Source: Bacteroidota bacterium
GTDB taxonomy: Bacteria > Bacteroidota > Bacteroidia > Chitinophagales > Chitinophagaceae
DNA length: 64,000 nucleotides
Direction of reading: 5' to 3'
NCBI GenBank assembly: GCA_013286485.1
Contig: JABDFN010000001.1
Location: 4,867-68,866, forward strand
Shown here: one piece after another, positions 1 through 9,771 of the stretch
How the letters are laid out: each line of letters begins with the position of its first letter
How positions within the stretch are numbered: the first letter of the stretch is position 1
The notes under the pieces: generated by a model
Database searches by the model: none
Told to the model about the DNA's origin: nothing
What the model saw: the letters and a program-made list of their open reading frames with translations, nothing else
Program-made: the position numbers and the translations under genes

Positions 1-424
1 TATCAAAACCTGTGGTAACGGAATAAGCTACAATACTACTTACATCCAGGTCTTCGTGTTTGAGCGTTTGATTGTTGAGTGTAAGACAGAGTGTAGCGAG
101 CTTAGCATCCGGCACTTGCGATTCAATAGCTCTTAATTCTGTTGGTGACATACCGGGGCGACGCCAATACTCCCACCATTTATATTCACCACCTTCATCC
201 ATCCAAGGCCAGCGATTGAGGTAAAGCACATCACTACCGAGAGTATTCATCTCTGTCTGAATGTTGTTTTTCATACTATCTAAAACAGTAAGTACAGCTA
301 TGATACAGAATATACCAATTGTGATGCCCAAGAGGGATAAAAAGGTGCGTAGTTTATTTACTCTTAATTCTTGCAGCGCCTGTGCAATACTTGTGAAAAT
401 AATATGACCTGTGGTACGGTTCAT
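1..424 (-). CDS. ABC transporter permease, MacB/FtsX family (N-terminal part; gene runs off the left edge)
   Basis: Not in the ORF track because it is open at the edge. My translation from ATG at 424..422 gives MNRTTGHIIFTSIAQALQELRVNKLRTFLSLLGITIGIFCIIAVLTVLDSMKNNIQ. This is the NKLR-x-FLS-x-LGI-x-IG tail plus TM1 signature of MacB-type permeases, and the frame stays open to position 1. Confidence 0.7.
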   Translation of the reverse strand, partial: MNRTTGHIIFTSIAQALQELRVNKLRTFLSLLGITIGIFCIIAVLTVLDSMKNNIQTEMNTLGSDVLYLNRWPWMDEGGEYKWWEYWRRPGMSPTELRAIESQVPDAKLATLCLTLNNQTLKHEDLDVSSIVAYSVTTGFD

Positions 425-489
425 TCTACAAATAGCAAATTTAGCTTTTGAAACTGAAATTACCGCATAAACTATATGAGGTTAAACTA

Positions 490-497
490 TACATTTG
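490..497 (+). promoter_or_regulatory. Bacteroidota -7 promoter box (TACATTTG, consensus TAnnTTTG)
   Basis: Exact TAnnTTTG match 19 nt upstream of the 516 start codon. Confidence 0.4.
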
Positions 498-515
498 TAA
501 TATAAACGATAGATT

Positions 516-1844
516 TTGCCATTCTTAGATCGCTTTTTAGCAAAAAACACATCTTTACATTACTCACAGTTTCGCAAGTACCTGATAGTACGCTTTGCAG
601 TTATTCTTTCTTTAAATATGCAAATGGCGATAGTCAGTTATATGGCATACAAAGAACTTACCCATGATAAGCTGACATTAGGTATGCTTGGACTATGGGA
701 AGTAATACCTGCGATCGGGTGCTCTTTGTTTTCCGGCCATTTTGTAGACCTGCGTGAGAAAAAAGGAATGGTGCTGCAATGTGTTTTGGGGTATTTATTT
801 CTATCTGCATTTTACGTGCTATTATCATGGCCCACATTTTATCATAAAGCAGGTGTAGGTTTGACCGTTAACCTGATTTATGTAGGTGTGTTTATGGGTG
901 GCATATTAAGGGCATTTATCAGTCCTGCTTCTTTTGCACTACAGGGGCTTCTTGTACCGAGAAAAGAATATGTAAATGCTACTACGTGGAGCAGTACCTC
1001 ATGGCAAAGCGGATTTGTATTCGGGAATTTATTAGGTGGCGTATTGATCGCCATACTTGGATATGAAGCAAGCCTGATCAGCGTGTTTGCCATGCAACTG
1101 GTAGCATTGTTTGGTATCATATCTATTCCTAAACAAGAAATACAGAAAAAAGATAAAGAGCCAATAACCAAAAGCCTGAAACAGGGATTGAAATTTGTAT
1201 TCAGCACACAAGTCATACTTGCTGCACTTTCGCTGGACATGTTCGCTGTATTATTTGGCGGTGCTGTAGCATTGCTGCCCGTATATGCTGTGGACATATT
1301 AGGTGTGGGAGAAGTAGGTTATGGATGGATGAAAGCAGCCCCCGGAATTGGTTCTATACTATCCTTGTTTATACTTTCCTTTATCCCGTTAAAGAAAAAT
1401 GCAGGAGGAAAATTATTACTAGCCATTACCGGGTTTGGTATAACTACAATTATTTTCGGTGTATGCGGAAATATTGCCAATACTCAATTTTTTGGATCGT
1501 TCTGGGGTTGTAATTTATCATGGGCATTTATACTGGCATTTGCCATGCTGTTTTTAGGAGGCATGTTTGATGCAGTGAGTGTAGTGATACGGGGAACCAT
1601 ATTGCAATTAAAAACACCTGATGCTATGCGCGGACGAGTTGCTGCAGTAAATACCATGTTCATTAGTTCATCAAACGAATTAGGGGCATTAGAAAGCGGT
1701 GTAACTGCAAAATGGATGGGCACAGTGCCCGCAGTAATATTTGGCGGTTGTATGACCTTAGTGGTAGTAGGTGTAACTTATTTTGCCGCACCTATGCTAC
1801 GGAAAATGAAGCTAGAGGCTACCTCGCCTGAGCATAAAACATAA
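516..1844 (+). CDS. MFS transporter
   Basis: 442 aa with about 12 hydrophobic segments and an MFS-like two-halves layout. The start is TTG at 516 and is not certain. Confidence 0.8.
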   Translation: MPFLDRFLAKNTSLHYSQFRKYLIVRFAVILSLNMQMAIVSYMAYKELTHDKLTLGMLGLWEVIPAIGCSLFSGHFVDLREKKGMVLQCVLGYLFLSAFYVLLSWPTFYHKAGVGLTVNLIYVGVFMGGILRAFISPASFALQGLLVPRKEYVNATTWSSTSWQSGFVFGNLLGGVLIAILGYEASLISVFAMQLVALFGIISIPKQEIQKKDKEPITKSLKQGLKFVFSTQVILAALSLDMFAVLFGGAVALLPVYAVDILGVGEVGYGWMKAAPGIGSILSLFILSFIPLKKNAGGKLLLAITGFGITTIIFGVCGNIANTQFFGSFWGCNLSWAFILAFAMLFLGGMFDAVSVVIRGTILQLKTPDAMRGRVAAVNTMFISSSNELGALESGVTAKWMGTVPAVIFGGCMTLVVVGVTYFAAPMLRKMKLEATSPEHKT

Positions 1845-1916
1845 AGTAATTCAAAATCAAAAGTGAAAAAGCAGATAACGTATATCAATATTAACAACTA
1901 AGATTTATTATCTTTA

Positions 1917-2576
1917 TTGACAAAGGTTTATATGCAAAATGAGTTTTCATTTGATGCCACATCTAATATTAAATCGCAAAATTTTAAGTTAGCAATAATT
2001 ATTTGTGTAGCAGAATTTGTGTTTTTTGCTTTTACTTATTTGTCTCTTGGAGGAATACATTTTTTTAAATACGATTTTGAGGTATTTGATTTTATTTGTT
2101 GCTTCACCGACATATATATACTATACTCTCTTAATCAATATCTTACTAACTTTGAAAATAACAGATCAACAAGTTGGATCAATTTATGGATAACAAGAGA
2201 CATAATATTGTTTTCAATGAATGCATTATTGATTCTATTGAATATTTTAAGCTTAAAAAGTGCCATCATCATATCAGTCGAAAGGTTCTTTGATCTAATT
2301 ACGCTTTTCATTTTCATCTTTTCTCTAGTAATATTTATCCAAGTTGGGGTAAGAATAAGAAAAATTACAAACGAACTTACAGGATTGCTAAACCCATTAA
2401 GTGTTGTAATTATGGTGGCACTCCCTATTTGGTCAATCTTAGATATGTTCGGTACAAATCAAATTGGGATGCTTCTTGTCAGATACTTACTTAATATGGC
2501 TCATGTAGTATTTATCATCTTAATATTTTATAAAGCCTCAAATTTTCAAACGAAAAAAGCGCTTACAAATATGTAA
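1917..2576 (+). CDS. hypothetical multi-pass membrane protein (about 6 TM)
   Basis: 219 aa, very hydrophobic (runs such as IIICVAEFVFFAFTYL and LITLFIFIFSLVIFIQV). No family recognised. It is much more AT-rich than its neighbours: a 60-nt line at 2041 has 15 G+C. Confidence 0.5.
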   Translation: MTKVYMQNEFSFDATSNIKSQNFKLAIIICVAEFVFFAFTYLSLGGIHFFKYDFEVFDFICCFTDIYILYSLNQYLTNFENNRSTSWINLWITRDIILFSMNALLILLNILSLKSAIIISVERFFDLITLFIFIFSLVIFIQVGVRIRKITNELTGLLNPLSVVIMVALPIWSILDMFGTNQIGMLLVRYLLNMAHVVFIILIFYKASNFQTKKALTNM

Positions 2577-2582
2577 GCGCTT
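2557..2582 (-). terminator. intrinsic terminator of clpB (hairpin AAGCGCTTAC/GTAAGCGCTT)
   Basis: 10-bp perfect stem with a 6-nt loop. On the minus strand a T6 run (A-run 2551-2558) follows directly. It lies 20 nt downstream of the clpB stop and overlaps the stop codon of the convergent 1917..2576 ORF. Confidence 0.65.
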
Positions 2583-2601
2583 TGCACTATATAAATTTAT
2601 T

Positions 2602-5238
2602 TTAACTCTTGGCTTTAGTTTTTTCTTTAATCTCTTTAGATTCATTTCTCATCACAACTACTCCATCGAAAACATCTATTAATACCGGTTTTGATTTATC
2701 TATTTCACCTGCAATGATCTTCTTGCTGAGCATATTGATGATGTCTTTTTGTATAACACGTTTTAAAGGACGGGCGCCATACTGAGGATCAAAACCACGC
2801 TCTACCAAATAATCAACCGCATAATCGGTAAACTCAAGGTCAATATTTTGCTGAGCCAATTGCTTTTGAAGCCCCTGCAATTGCACCCGTATAATACCAT
2901 GTATCTCTTTTCTCATCAACGGGTGGAACATGATAATATCGTCCACACGATTCAGGAATTCGGGCCTTAATGTTTGTCTTAGCAAGTCCATTACCTGCTC
3001 TTTTGTATTTTCTACCACCTCTTCCAAATTCTTATCCTTCAGGTCCGCAAAGTTCTCTTGTATAAGATGACTTCCCAGGTTGCTGGTCATGATAATGATG
3101 GTATTCTTAAAATTCACTACCCTACCCTTATTATCTGTAAGCCTTCCATCATCTAACACTTGCAAGAGCACATTAAATACGTCATGATGCGCCTTTTCTA
3201 TTTCATCGAGCAATACAACAGAATATGGTTTACGGCGTACTGCTTCTGTAAGCTGGCCACCTTCCTCATAGCCCACATAACCGGGAGGCGCACCTACCAG
3301 CCTGCTAACGCTGTGTTTTTCCTGGTATTCGCTCATGTCTATACGCGTCATCATACTTTCATTATCAAACAATACCTCAGCAAGTGCTTTTGCTAATTCT
3401 GTTTTGCCAACGCCTGTTGTACCAAGAAATATAAATGAGCCTATTGGTTTTTTAGGATCTTGTAAGCCAGCACGGCCTCGACGAATGGCATCTGAAACAG
3501 CCTCTATTGCTTCATCTTGACCTATCACACGTTTATGTAATTCTTCTTCCATGTGAAGTAGCTTGTCGCGCTCTGTTTGCAACATTCGTTGCACAGGAAT
3601 ACCGGTTGCCTTTGCGACAGTTTCTGCAATATCTTCTGCATCCACTTCTTCCTTCAACAATCTTTTTTGCTGACCATCCATAGCATGAAGTTGCTTCGAT
3701 AATTTTTCTACCTCAGCTTCTTCTTCTTTTATCTTACCATAACGTATCTCGGCTACCTTACCATAATCGCCATCGCGCTCTGCTTTTTCGGCTTCCAACT
3801 TCAGGCTTTCTATTTTGGTTTTCGCCTTGTTTATTTTATCGACAATTTCTTTTTCTTCGAGCCATTTGGCTTTCAGCGTATCACGCTCTACCGTGAGCAT
3901 AGCAATTTCCTGTCCCAGCTCTTTGAGTTTGTCCTTATCATTTTCACGCTTGATGGCTTCGCGTTCTATTTCCAACTGACGAATACGACGTTCCAGTTCA
4001 TCCAACTCTTCGGGCATGGAATTCATTTCCAGCTTCAGCTTGGCTGCACTCTCATCTATTAGGTCTATCGCTTTATCCGGTAGAAAACGATCGGTGATAT
4101 AGCGCTGTGACAATTCGACCGCTGCTATAATAGCATCATCTTTGATTCGTACGTGGTGGTGATTTTCGTACCTGTCTTTCAATCCACGAAGAATAGATAT
4201 AGCATCTTCTGGAGTTGGTTCATCTACAAATACTTTCTGAAAACGGCGCTCCAATGCTTTATCCTTTTCGAAATACTTTTGGTATTCATTTAATGTAGTG
4301 GCGCCAATTGCTCTTAACTCCCCACGCGCTAAGGCTGGCTTCAATATATTAGCGGCATCCATAGCACCTTCCATAGCACCGGCACCTACCAGTGTGTGTA
4401 TTTCGTCTATAAATAGTATGATCTCTCCATTACTATCTGCTACTTCTTTTATAACTGCTTTCAATCTTTCTTCAAATTCACCACGGTATTTTGCACCGGC
4501 CATCATAGCACCCATATCGAGCGCGAAAATGATCTTTGTGTTCAGGTTATCGGGTACATCACCGTTAATGATACGATGCGCAAGTCCTTCTACAATAGCT
4601 GTTTTACCTACACCGGGTTCACCAACTAAAATGGGGTTATTTTTAGAGCGACGAGAAAGTATATGCAGCGTGCGACGAATTTCTTCATCACGTCCAATTA
4701 CAGGATCCAGTTTACCATTGCGCGCCAGCTCATTTAAATTCTTAGCATAACGCTCTAAAGAATTATACTGCTGGTCTGATGTTTGAGAATTGACCGTATT
4801 CCCTTTTCTTAATTCTTTTATAGCTGCTATTAGTCCTTTTTCAGTAAGGCCAGCATCCTTAAGCATTTTGCCGGTTTCATCATTTACCTGCAATATTCCA
4901 ATCAATATGTGTTCAGGTGTTACAAACTCATCGCCAAATGCTTTTAATGCGTTACCTGTTTTAAGTAATACATTATTCATATCTCGGCTAATTGTTTGCG
5001 CTGGTTCGCCATCCTGTAGTTTAGGTAACCGTTTTATTTGTTCTTCTAATTTTGATTCAACAAAATTCAGATTGATATTATTCTTCTTCAATAAATAAGG
5101 AATAGGACCTTCTGTATCATCTAACAGGGCTTGCAGTAAGTGGGGCGTTTCTACCTGTGGATTTTGGTTATCAAACGCCAGTTGTTGTGCTTGTTGCACC
5201 ACTTCCTGAGCCTTTATTGTAAAGTTGTTCAAGTTCAT
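2602..5238 (-). CDS. clpB: ATP-dependent chaperone ClpB
   Basis: 878 aa with a Clp N domain, two AAA+ modules (GEPGVGKT and GTTGVGKT Walker A) and a long coiled-coil middle domain. Full-length architecture. Confidence 0.97.
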   Translation of the reverse strand: MNLNNFTIKAQEVVQQAQQLAFDNQNPQVETPHLLQALLDDTEGPIPYLLKKNNINLNFVESKLEEQIKRLPKLQDGEPAQTISRDMNNVLLKTGNALKAFGDEFVTPEHILIGILQVNDETGKMLKDAGLTEKGLIAAIKELRKGNTVNSQTSDQQYNSLERYAKNLNELARNGKLDPVIGRDEEIRRTLHILSRRSKNNPILVGEPGVGKTAIVEGLAHRIINGDVPDNLNTKIIFALDMGAMMAGAKYRGEFEERLKAVIKEVADSNGEIILFIDEIHTLVGAGAMEGAMDAANILKPALARGELRAIGATTLNEYQKYFEKDKALERRFQKVFVDEPTPEDAISILRGLKDRYENHHHVRIKDDAIIAAVELSQRYITDRFLPDKAIDLIDESAAKLKLEMNSMPEELDELERRIRQLEIEREAIKRENDKDKLKELGQEIAMLTVERDTLKAKWLEEKEIVDKINKAKTKIESLKLEAEKAERDGDYGKVAEIRYGKIKEEEAEVEKLSKQLHAMDGQQKRLLKEEVDAEDIAETVAKATGIPVQRMLQTERDKLLHMEEELHKRVIGQDEAIEAVSDAIRRGRAGLQDPKKPIGSFIFLGTTGVGKTELAKALAEVLFDNESMMTRIDMSEYQEKHSVSRLVGAPPGYVGYEEGGQLTEAVRRKPYSVVLLDEIEKAHHDVFNVLLQVLDDGRLTDNKGRVVNFKNTIIIMTSNLGSHLIQENFADLKDKNLEEVVENTKEQVMDLLRQTLRPEFLNRVDDIIMFHPLMRKEIHGIIRVQLQGLQKQLAQQNIDLEFTDYAVDYLVERGFDPQYGARPLKRVIQKDIINMLSKKIIAGEIDKSKPVLIDVFDGVVVMRNESKEIKEKTKAKS

Positions 5239-5374
5239 ACATTATTATGCATAAAAAACGTTCCAAAATACGATACATGAAATTATGTCATATTTATTTA
5301 GCGTTCAAAGACAAGCTGGCTGGTGTAATGAAAAAATACTGTAAATCTTGCAGTTATATACAATTTTACTAAGT

Positions 5375-5402
5375 AAAAGCCCCCGCCGAGGCGGGGGCTT
5401 TT
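5375..5402 (-). terminator. intrinsic terminator (AAAAGCCCCCGCC ga GGCGGGGGCTTTT), bidirectional shape
   Basis: 13-bp perfect stem including flanking A/T runs, 27 nt downstream of the 5429 stop. Confidence 0.8.
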
Positions 5403-5428
5403 ATCTTATTACTTGTTTTGATGAATGC

Positions 5429-6946
5429 TTAGACAGCTATACCCTTTGGCATCAATATCCTTTCGGCACTAATAGGTATGCCGGCAGGTTTGATGATAGT
5501 AAGATATTTGCTTACCTGGTTATATCCAATATAGCTGTAGCCGTTTGTTGTACGTGCATACGCAGATACTGTGAAGCCATAAGCACAACTGGCATCGGGA
5601 ACCCAAACACCTGTAGCAGGTATTGTTAGATTTTGAACACCTGTCCATGTTGTACCCTTTGCAATTGTATAACTGTCAGATGCAATTACTTCTGCATTAT
5701 TATTACCCCATGCAGCAGAAAGCCCCCAGCTTAACAAGTCTCCATCAGCATCGAAGGCATCTATATTAAATACTAAACCATCTGTGGCACTTGTCATATT
5801 TACAATAGCGCAAGCATCTACATTCACACCACCATGTTTGATAGAATTGATCTTAACAACAGGTATTTCATTGTCTATAAATAATGTAAGTGTTTGTGCA
5901 GTAGCCGGTACCACCAAATTAGAAGCATTATAAAACGCCACCTGGAACTGATGCTGACCTTTTGTGAGATTATTAGAGTCGAATTGTAAGAGCAGGTCGT
6001 CTATTGAATAATCAACCGCAGGATTTGGGAACGTATAATAATTACCGCTGTCGGCACCATAAGAATCCAATTCATAGTCAGTACCGTTCCAACGGTAATT
6101 GTACCAGGCACTTCTGTATTCAGAGAATGAACCGCTTGTGCCCTGGCGATGTAACACTTTATATTTTCTTGCACCAGCTGTCCATAAGTTTTGAAGGGTA
6201 GTTCTGTTACCTATTACGTTCAGCAATCCTCCAAATGCAGCATTTTGCACCTCTATATAATATCCAGGATCTGTTGTTGCCCTGCCTGCAGCATTGATCT
6301 TGGTAGTAGGTATCAATCCTACTGTTCCCATTACGGGACCCTGAAGTGTTGGTGTTACAACAGGTTTCCTTGAAAGATACAAGGTATTCAGAGCTGAAAA
6401 GCTGGATGAGAAATTGGCCGGGGTGTCATGATCAAAAGCAGGAGAAGTAGAATGCACTTTTATACCAAACTTTAGCTGTGGTGCAAAAAAGAATGGTATT
6501 AAAGATACATTCAGATCATTCAGGTCGAATCTTATTTTCCATACGCGATGATTAGTAGCTAAATTAGGAGAACTTTCAAATGCGATCTTGCATTTGCTTT
6601 GAGAAACTTCGTTCAATAGGCCTGTCCAGGCATTCGGTCCGAGGTAGTATTGTCTACCCATCTTTTCAGGCTGTCCCGGATACAAGCCATAGTTAACATC
6701 ATAATTCGGATTAATGTTGCCATTCCTGTCGCGGTCGAAGGTGAACCAGAAATAATCACCGGTGGATGGGTCGTTGCCTGTATCCTCGGTCAGGTCTAAT
6801 GCGGCATATAAAAAGTGAGCATCGTTTTTCACCAGCAAAAAACCGCCGGGGATTGCCATTTTGCCTGCTCCGCTCCATACTGCATCGCTTAAACTTTCAG
6901 TTAACTGAATGGGCGTTTGTGCCCAAATCGATAAAACATTTGACAT
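5429..6946 (-). CDS. hypothetical protein, all-beta-looking; N-terminal region resembles a CBM9/DOMON-like sugar-binding fold (weak)
   Basis: 505 aa ORF with its own terminator and an AT-rich upstream region. The N-terminus MSNVLSIWAQTP looks like only the tail of a signal peptide, and an in-frame stop sits 4 codons upstream. It has no TM segment and no T9SS C-terminal domain. Confidence 0.7.
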   Translation of the reverse strand: MSNVLSIWAQTPIQLTESLSDAVWSGAGKMAIPGGFLLVKNDAHFLYAALDLTEDTGNDPSTGDYFWFTFDRDRNGNINPNYDVNYGLYPGQPEKMGRQYYLGPNAWTGLLNEVSQSKCKIAFESSPNLATNHRVWKIRFDLNDLNVSLIPFFFAPQLKFGIKVHSTSPAFDHDTPANFSSSFSALNTLYLSRKPVVTPTLQGPVMGTVGLIPTTKINAAGRATTDPGYYIEVQNAAFGGLLNVIGNRTTLQNLWTAGARKYKVLHRQGTSGSFSEYRSAWYNYRWNGTDYELDSYGADSGNYYTFPNPAVDYSIDDLLLQFDSNNLTKGQHQFQVAFYNASNLVVPATAQTLTLFIDNEIPVVKINSIKHGGVNVDACAIVNMTSATDGLVFNIDAFDADGDLLSWGLSAAWGNNNAEVIASDSYTIAKGTTWTGVQNLTIPATGVWVPDASCAYGFTVSAYARTTNGYSYIGYNQVSKYLTIIKPAGIPISAERILMPKGIAV

Positions 6947-7439
6947 AATTGAGTCGTTTTAAAAAGTGATAAAATATCCCTGTTGAAAAGGGCATGAAAA
7001 ATAGATAATTGTATTCGTATGAAGAACGATTATCGATAATAATGATAAGGCTTAAAATGCAATACAGAAAAGCTTTTCAGGCAATCTGCTGATACTTAAA
7101 TGTATATGCCGTTTAATATTTTTTTGTTAACAAAAATGGGTATAAGAAAATATGATTAGCAGAAGAAAAAATTATCCCCGTATAAATACGGGGGACAGTA
7201 ACATTTTTTTTTATAAAACATTGATAATAAATAAGTGTCTCTAAAATTAAAACTGTGCCATGTTTTTGTTCGGGTTCCCTTTTATTTTATCCGGAATATT
7301 CTTAACTGTGTAGAAATTTTGTGAACACGTTTCCTTTCAATTTCTTTAGTTATTTATGAATGTGGATATTTTTTTCATACTAAGTATTTTAATATTTCAA
7401 CTCTTATTGTATTTTTCGAAAAACTAAACTTAATACAAT

Positions 7440-7919
7440 ATGCAAGATCTCGAACACAGCTCAGGCCTGCTACTGCATATGATAGGCATTGTCATGATCG
7501 CAGGCAGCTTCTTAGGTCTTTACTTTATTCAACACCAGTTTTGGAAATTGGTAGACACAGATATATCAAAATCAGGTGCCTTATTACCTCTTATGAAAAC
7601 GCTACCTATTGTCATACAATTAGGCGTTTTGGTGCAGATCATCTCAGGTATTGCCTTGTTACATTCCAGGAGCTGGACTTTTTGGGGGCAAAACTGGTTG
7701 TATTTAAAAATAATATTGGTGGTGATAGCTGTGTTGAACGGAATACTTGTTGGTAAGAAATTAGGTGGGAAGATTGCGATGCAGGTATTTTCTCCTGCAC
7801 CCGACAGAGCCGCATTAGTTGTTTTGAAAGGCAAGATGAGAACGTTTAACGCTATACAATTAATATTGGTACTCGCTATTTTATTCCTTGCCACTATATT
7901 GAGAATAATGTTCAGCTAA
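7440..7919 (+). CDS. hypothetical 4-TM membrane protein
   Basis: 159 aa with four hydrophobic helices. It is followed 1 nt later by the next ORF. Confidence 0.6.
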   Translation: MQDLEHSSGLLLHMIGIVMIAGSFLGLYFIQHQFWKLVDTDISKSGALLPLMKTLPIVIQLGVLVQIISGIALLHSRSWTFWGQNWLYLKIILVVIAVLNGILVGKKLGGKIAMQVFSPAPDRAALVVLKGKMRTFNAIQLILVLAILFLATILRIMFS

Positions 7920-7920
7920 T

Positions 7921-8340
7921 ATGAAACAGTTCAAATACACACTCGGTACGATCGTAGGCACTGTTTCAGCGGCTGCACTCATTTTTGTACTTGAAATGCT
8001 AAACACGAAGATATATCCTTTGCCGGCCGGCTATACCATGCAAGATATGGAAGATGCTAATAAGGTGAAGGCAATGATGGCGTTAATGCCTGTTGGCGCT
8101 TTTGTTTCTGTACTTCTTATTTATGCTATTGCTTCTTTTATTGGTGGCATTATAGCGGCATTAGTATCAGGTAAGGATAAGAACTGGCCATCTATTGTTA
8201 CGGGTATCATATTATTTGGTATCGGCTTATGGGATGCAATACAGTACGCACAACCCGCATGGTTTATGGCAGGTTGCATGGCATGTATTCCTTTTGCGTG
8301 GTATGGGTATGTGTGCGTGAGAAAACGATCTGTTTCTTAG
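7921..8340 (+). CDS. hypothetical 4-TM membrane protein
   Basis: 139 aa, hydrophobic, tightly packed between the 7440 gene and the cytochrome gene. Confidence 0.6.
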   Translation: MKQFKYTLGTIVGTVSAAALIFVLEMLNTKIYPLPAGYTMQDMEDANKVKAMMALMPVGAFVSVLLIYAIASFIGGIIAALVSGKDKNWPSIVTGIILFGIGLWDAIQYAQPAWFMAGCMACIPFAWYGYVCVRKRSVS

Positions 8341-8356
8341 TAAATAAAATAACTGC

Positions 8357-9361
8357 ATGAAAAAGTTTCTCAAAATTCTTCTTCGCATAGTTACAGTATT
8401 GGCAATACTGGTAGGCGTGTTTATACTATTCATCGAATTATGTTACGATAAAAAATTCAAGGACACTCCTTATCCCACAGGCATTAAAGCCAGTACAGAC
8501 TCCACTATAATAGCCAGGGGTAAATACCTTGTATATGGCCCTGCTCATTGCGCGAGTTGCCATACAGACAAAGGGCAGGAAGCGATGGTGGACCAGGGAC
8601 AAGAAGTACCACTTGCAGGTGGCTTTGAAATACATCTGCCCCTTTGCGTACTCAGGCCAAGGAATATTACTCCCGATAAAGAGACCGGGATAGGCAACCT
8701 GACAGATGCTGAAATAGCAAGAACGTTACGATATAATGTAAACAGCAAAGGCGAAGCATTAATTCCTGTAATGCCATTTAAAGACATGAGTGATGAAGAT
8801 ATGATAGCTGTAATTTCTTATCTGCGTGCACAAAACCCGGTGAAACATCTAGTGAAACCAACTGAATACAATTTATTAGGTAAGGCTATCAAATATTTTC
8901 TTATTAAACCCGATGGCGCTAAAGACACACCTCCTCATATGGTAACACGCGACTCATCTGCTATTTATGGTAAATACCTGGCAACAAGTGTGTCAAATTG
9001 CTATGGTTGCCATACTGAAAGAGATTTGAAGACAGGTGCTTTTATAGGGCAGCCTTTTGCAGGCGGATTTATATTTGAGCCATCCGAGGAAACACAAGGG
9101 TGGGAATTTGTATCTCCGAACCTTACACCAGATAATGAAACAGGCAAAATAACTTCGTGGGATCAAACAGCTTTTTGCAGGCGTATAAAAAACGGACGAG
9201 TATTTAAATATTCTCCTATGCCATGGGGCCCGTTCAGCAGAATGGATGAAACAGACATGAAGGCTATTCATAATTTTTTAATTACAATAAAGGCAGTAAC
9301 CAATAAAATAGAAAAAACAGCTTACCAGCCAGGTGAGGACATGCCAAGGCCAAAAAGTTAA
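8357..9361 (+). CDS. membrane-anchored di-haem c-type cytochrome
   Basis: 334 aa with an N-terminal TM anchor and two CxxCH haem-attachment motifs (CASCH and CYGCH). Confidence 0.85.
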   Translation: MKKFLKILLRIVTVLAILVGVFILFIELCYDKKFKDTPYPTGIKASTDSTIIARGKYLVYGPAHCASCHTDKGQEAMVDQGQEVPLAGGFEIHLPLCVLRPRNITPDKETGIGNLTDAEIARTLRYNVNSKGEALIPVMPFKDMSDEDMIAVISYLRAQNPVKHLVKPTEYNLLGKAIKYFLIKPDGAKDTPPHMVTRDSSAIYGKYLATSVSNCYGCHTERDLKTGAFIGQPFAGGFIFEPSEETQGWEFVSPNLTPDNETGKITSWDQTAFCRRIKNGRVFKYSPMPWGPFSRMDETDMKAIHNFLITIKAVTNKIEKTAYQPGEDMPRPKS

Positions 9362-9430
9362 TGTTCATTGCAATAAGTTGGTATACTAATTATAATGATG
9401 TTAAACTGACAATTAATGATGCAAAAAGCT

Positions 9431-9438
9431 TATTTTTG
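9431..9438 (+). promoter_or_regulatory. -7 promoter box TATTTTTG
   Basis: TAnnTTTG match 24 nt upstream of the tatA ORF start. Confidence 0.4.
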
Positions 9439-9461
9439 CATTAATTATTAAATTATTTCAG

Positions 9462-9692
9462 ATGTCAATACTGAGCATTAATCCGTTTATGTTGTTGTCT
9501 ATGCCGGGTGGTGGCGAATGGCTATGGATAATAATACTTGTAATAGTGTTATTTGGTGGTAAGAAAATACCTGAATTGGCAAGAGGCCTTGGCAAAGGCA
9601 TTCGTGAGTTTAACGACGCCAAAGAAGGTGTGAAAAAAGAAATAGAAGCAGGTGCCAAGGAAAAGGATACTGAATCAGGCACTAAGGCTTAA
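9462..9692 (+). CDS. tatA: twin-arginine translocase subunit TatA/E
   Basis: The segment GEWLWIIILVIVLFGGKKIPELARGLGKGIREFNDAK is the TatA TM plus amphipathic helix signature. The true start may be an internal Met at aa 10 or 14. Confidence 0.9.
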   Translation: MSILSINPFMLLSMPGGGEWLWIIILVIVLFGGKKIPELARGLGKGIREFNDAKEGVKKEIEAGAKEKDTESGTKA

Positions 9693-9771
9693 GTTTCATT
9701 AAGCACCAATTACCATTTTATATTGCTTCCCTTGTGGTTGCATGGTTTACCGCTTTAAATTTAAATAAGGC

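Noticed and set aside
3160-5098. Several plus-strand ORFs of 61-150 aa inside clpB (3160-3396, 3335-3520, 4298-4750, 4790-5098).
   Set aside because: They are antisense to a full-length, highly conserved ClpB. Their products are low-complexity Ser/Pro/Ile-rich strings with no motifs, typical shadow ORFs.
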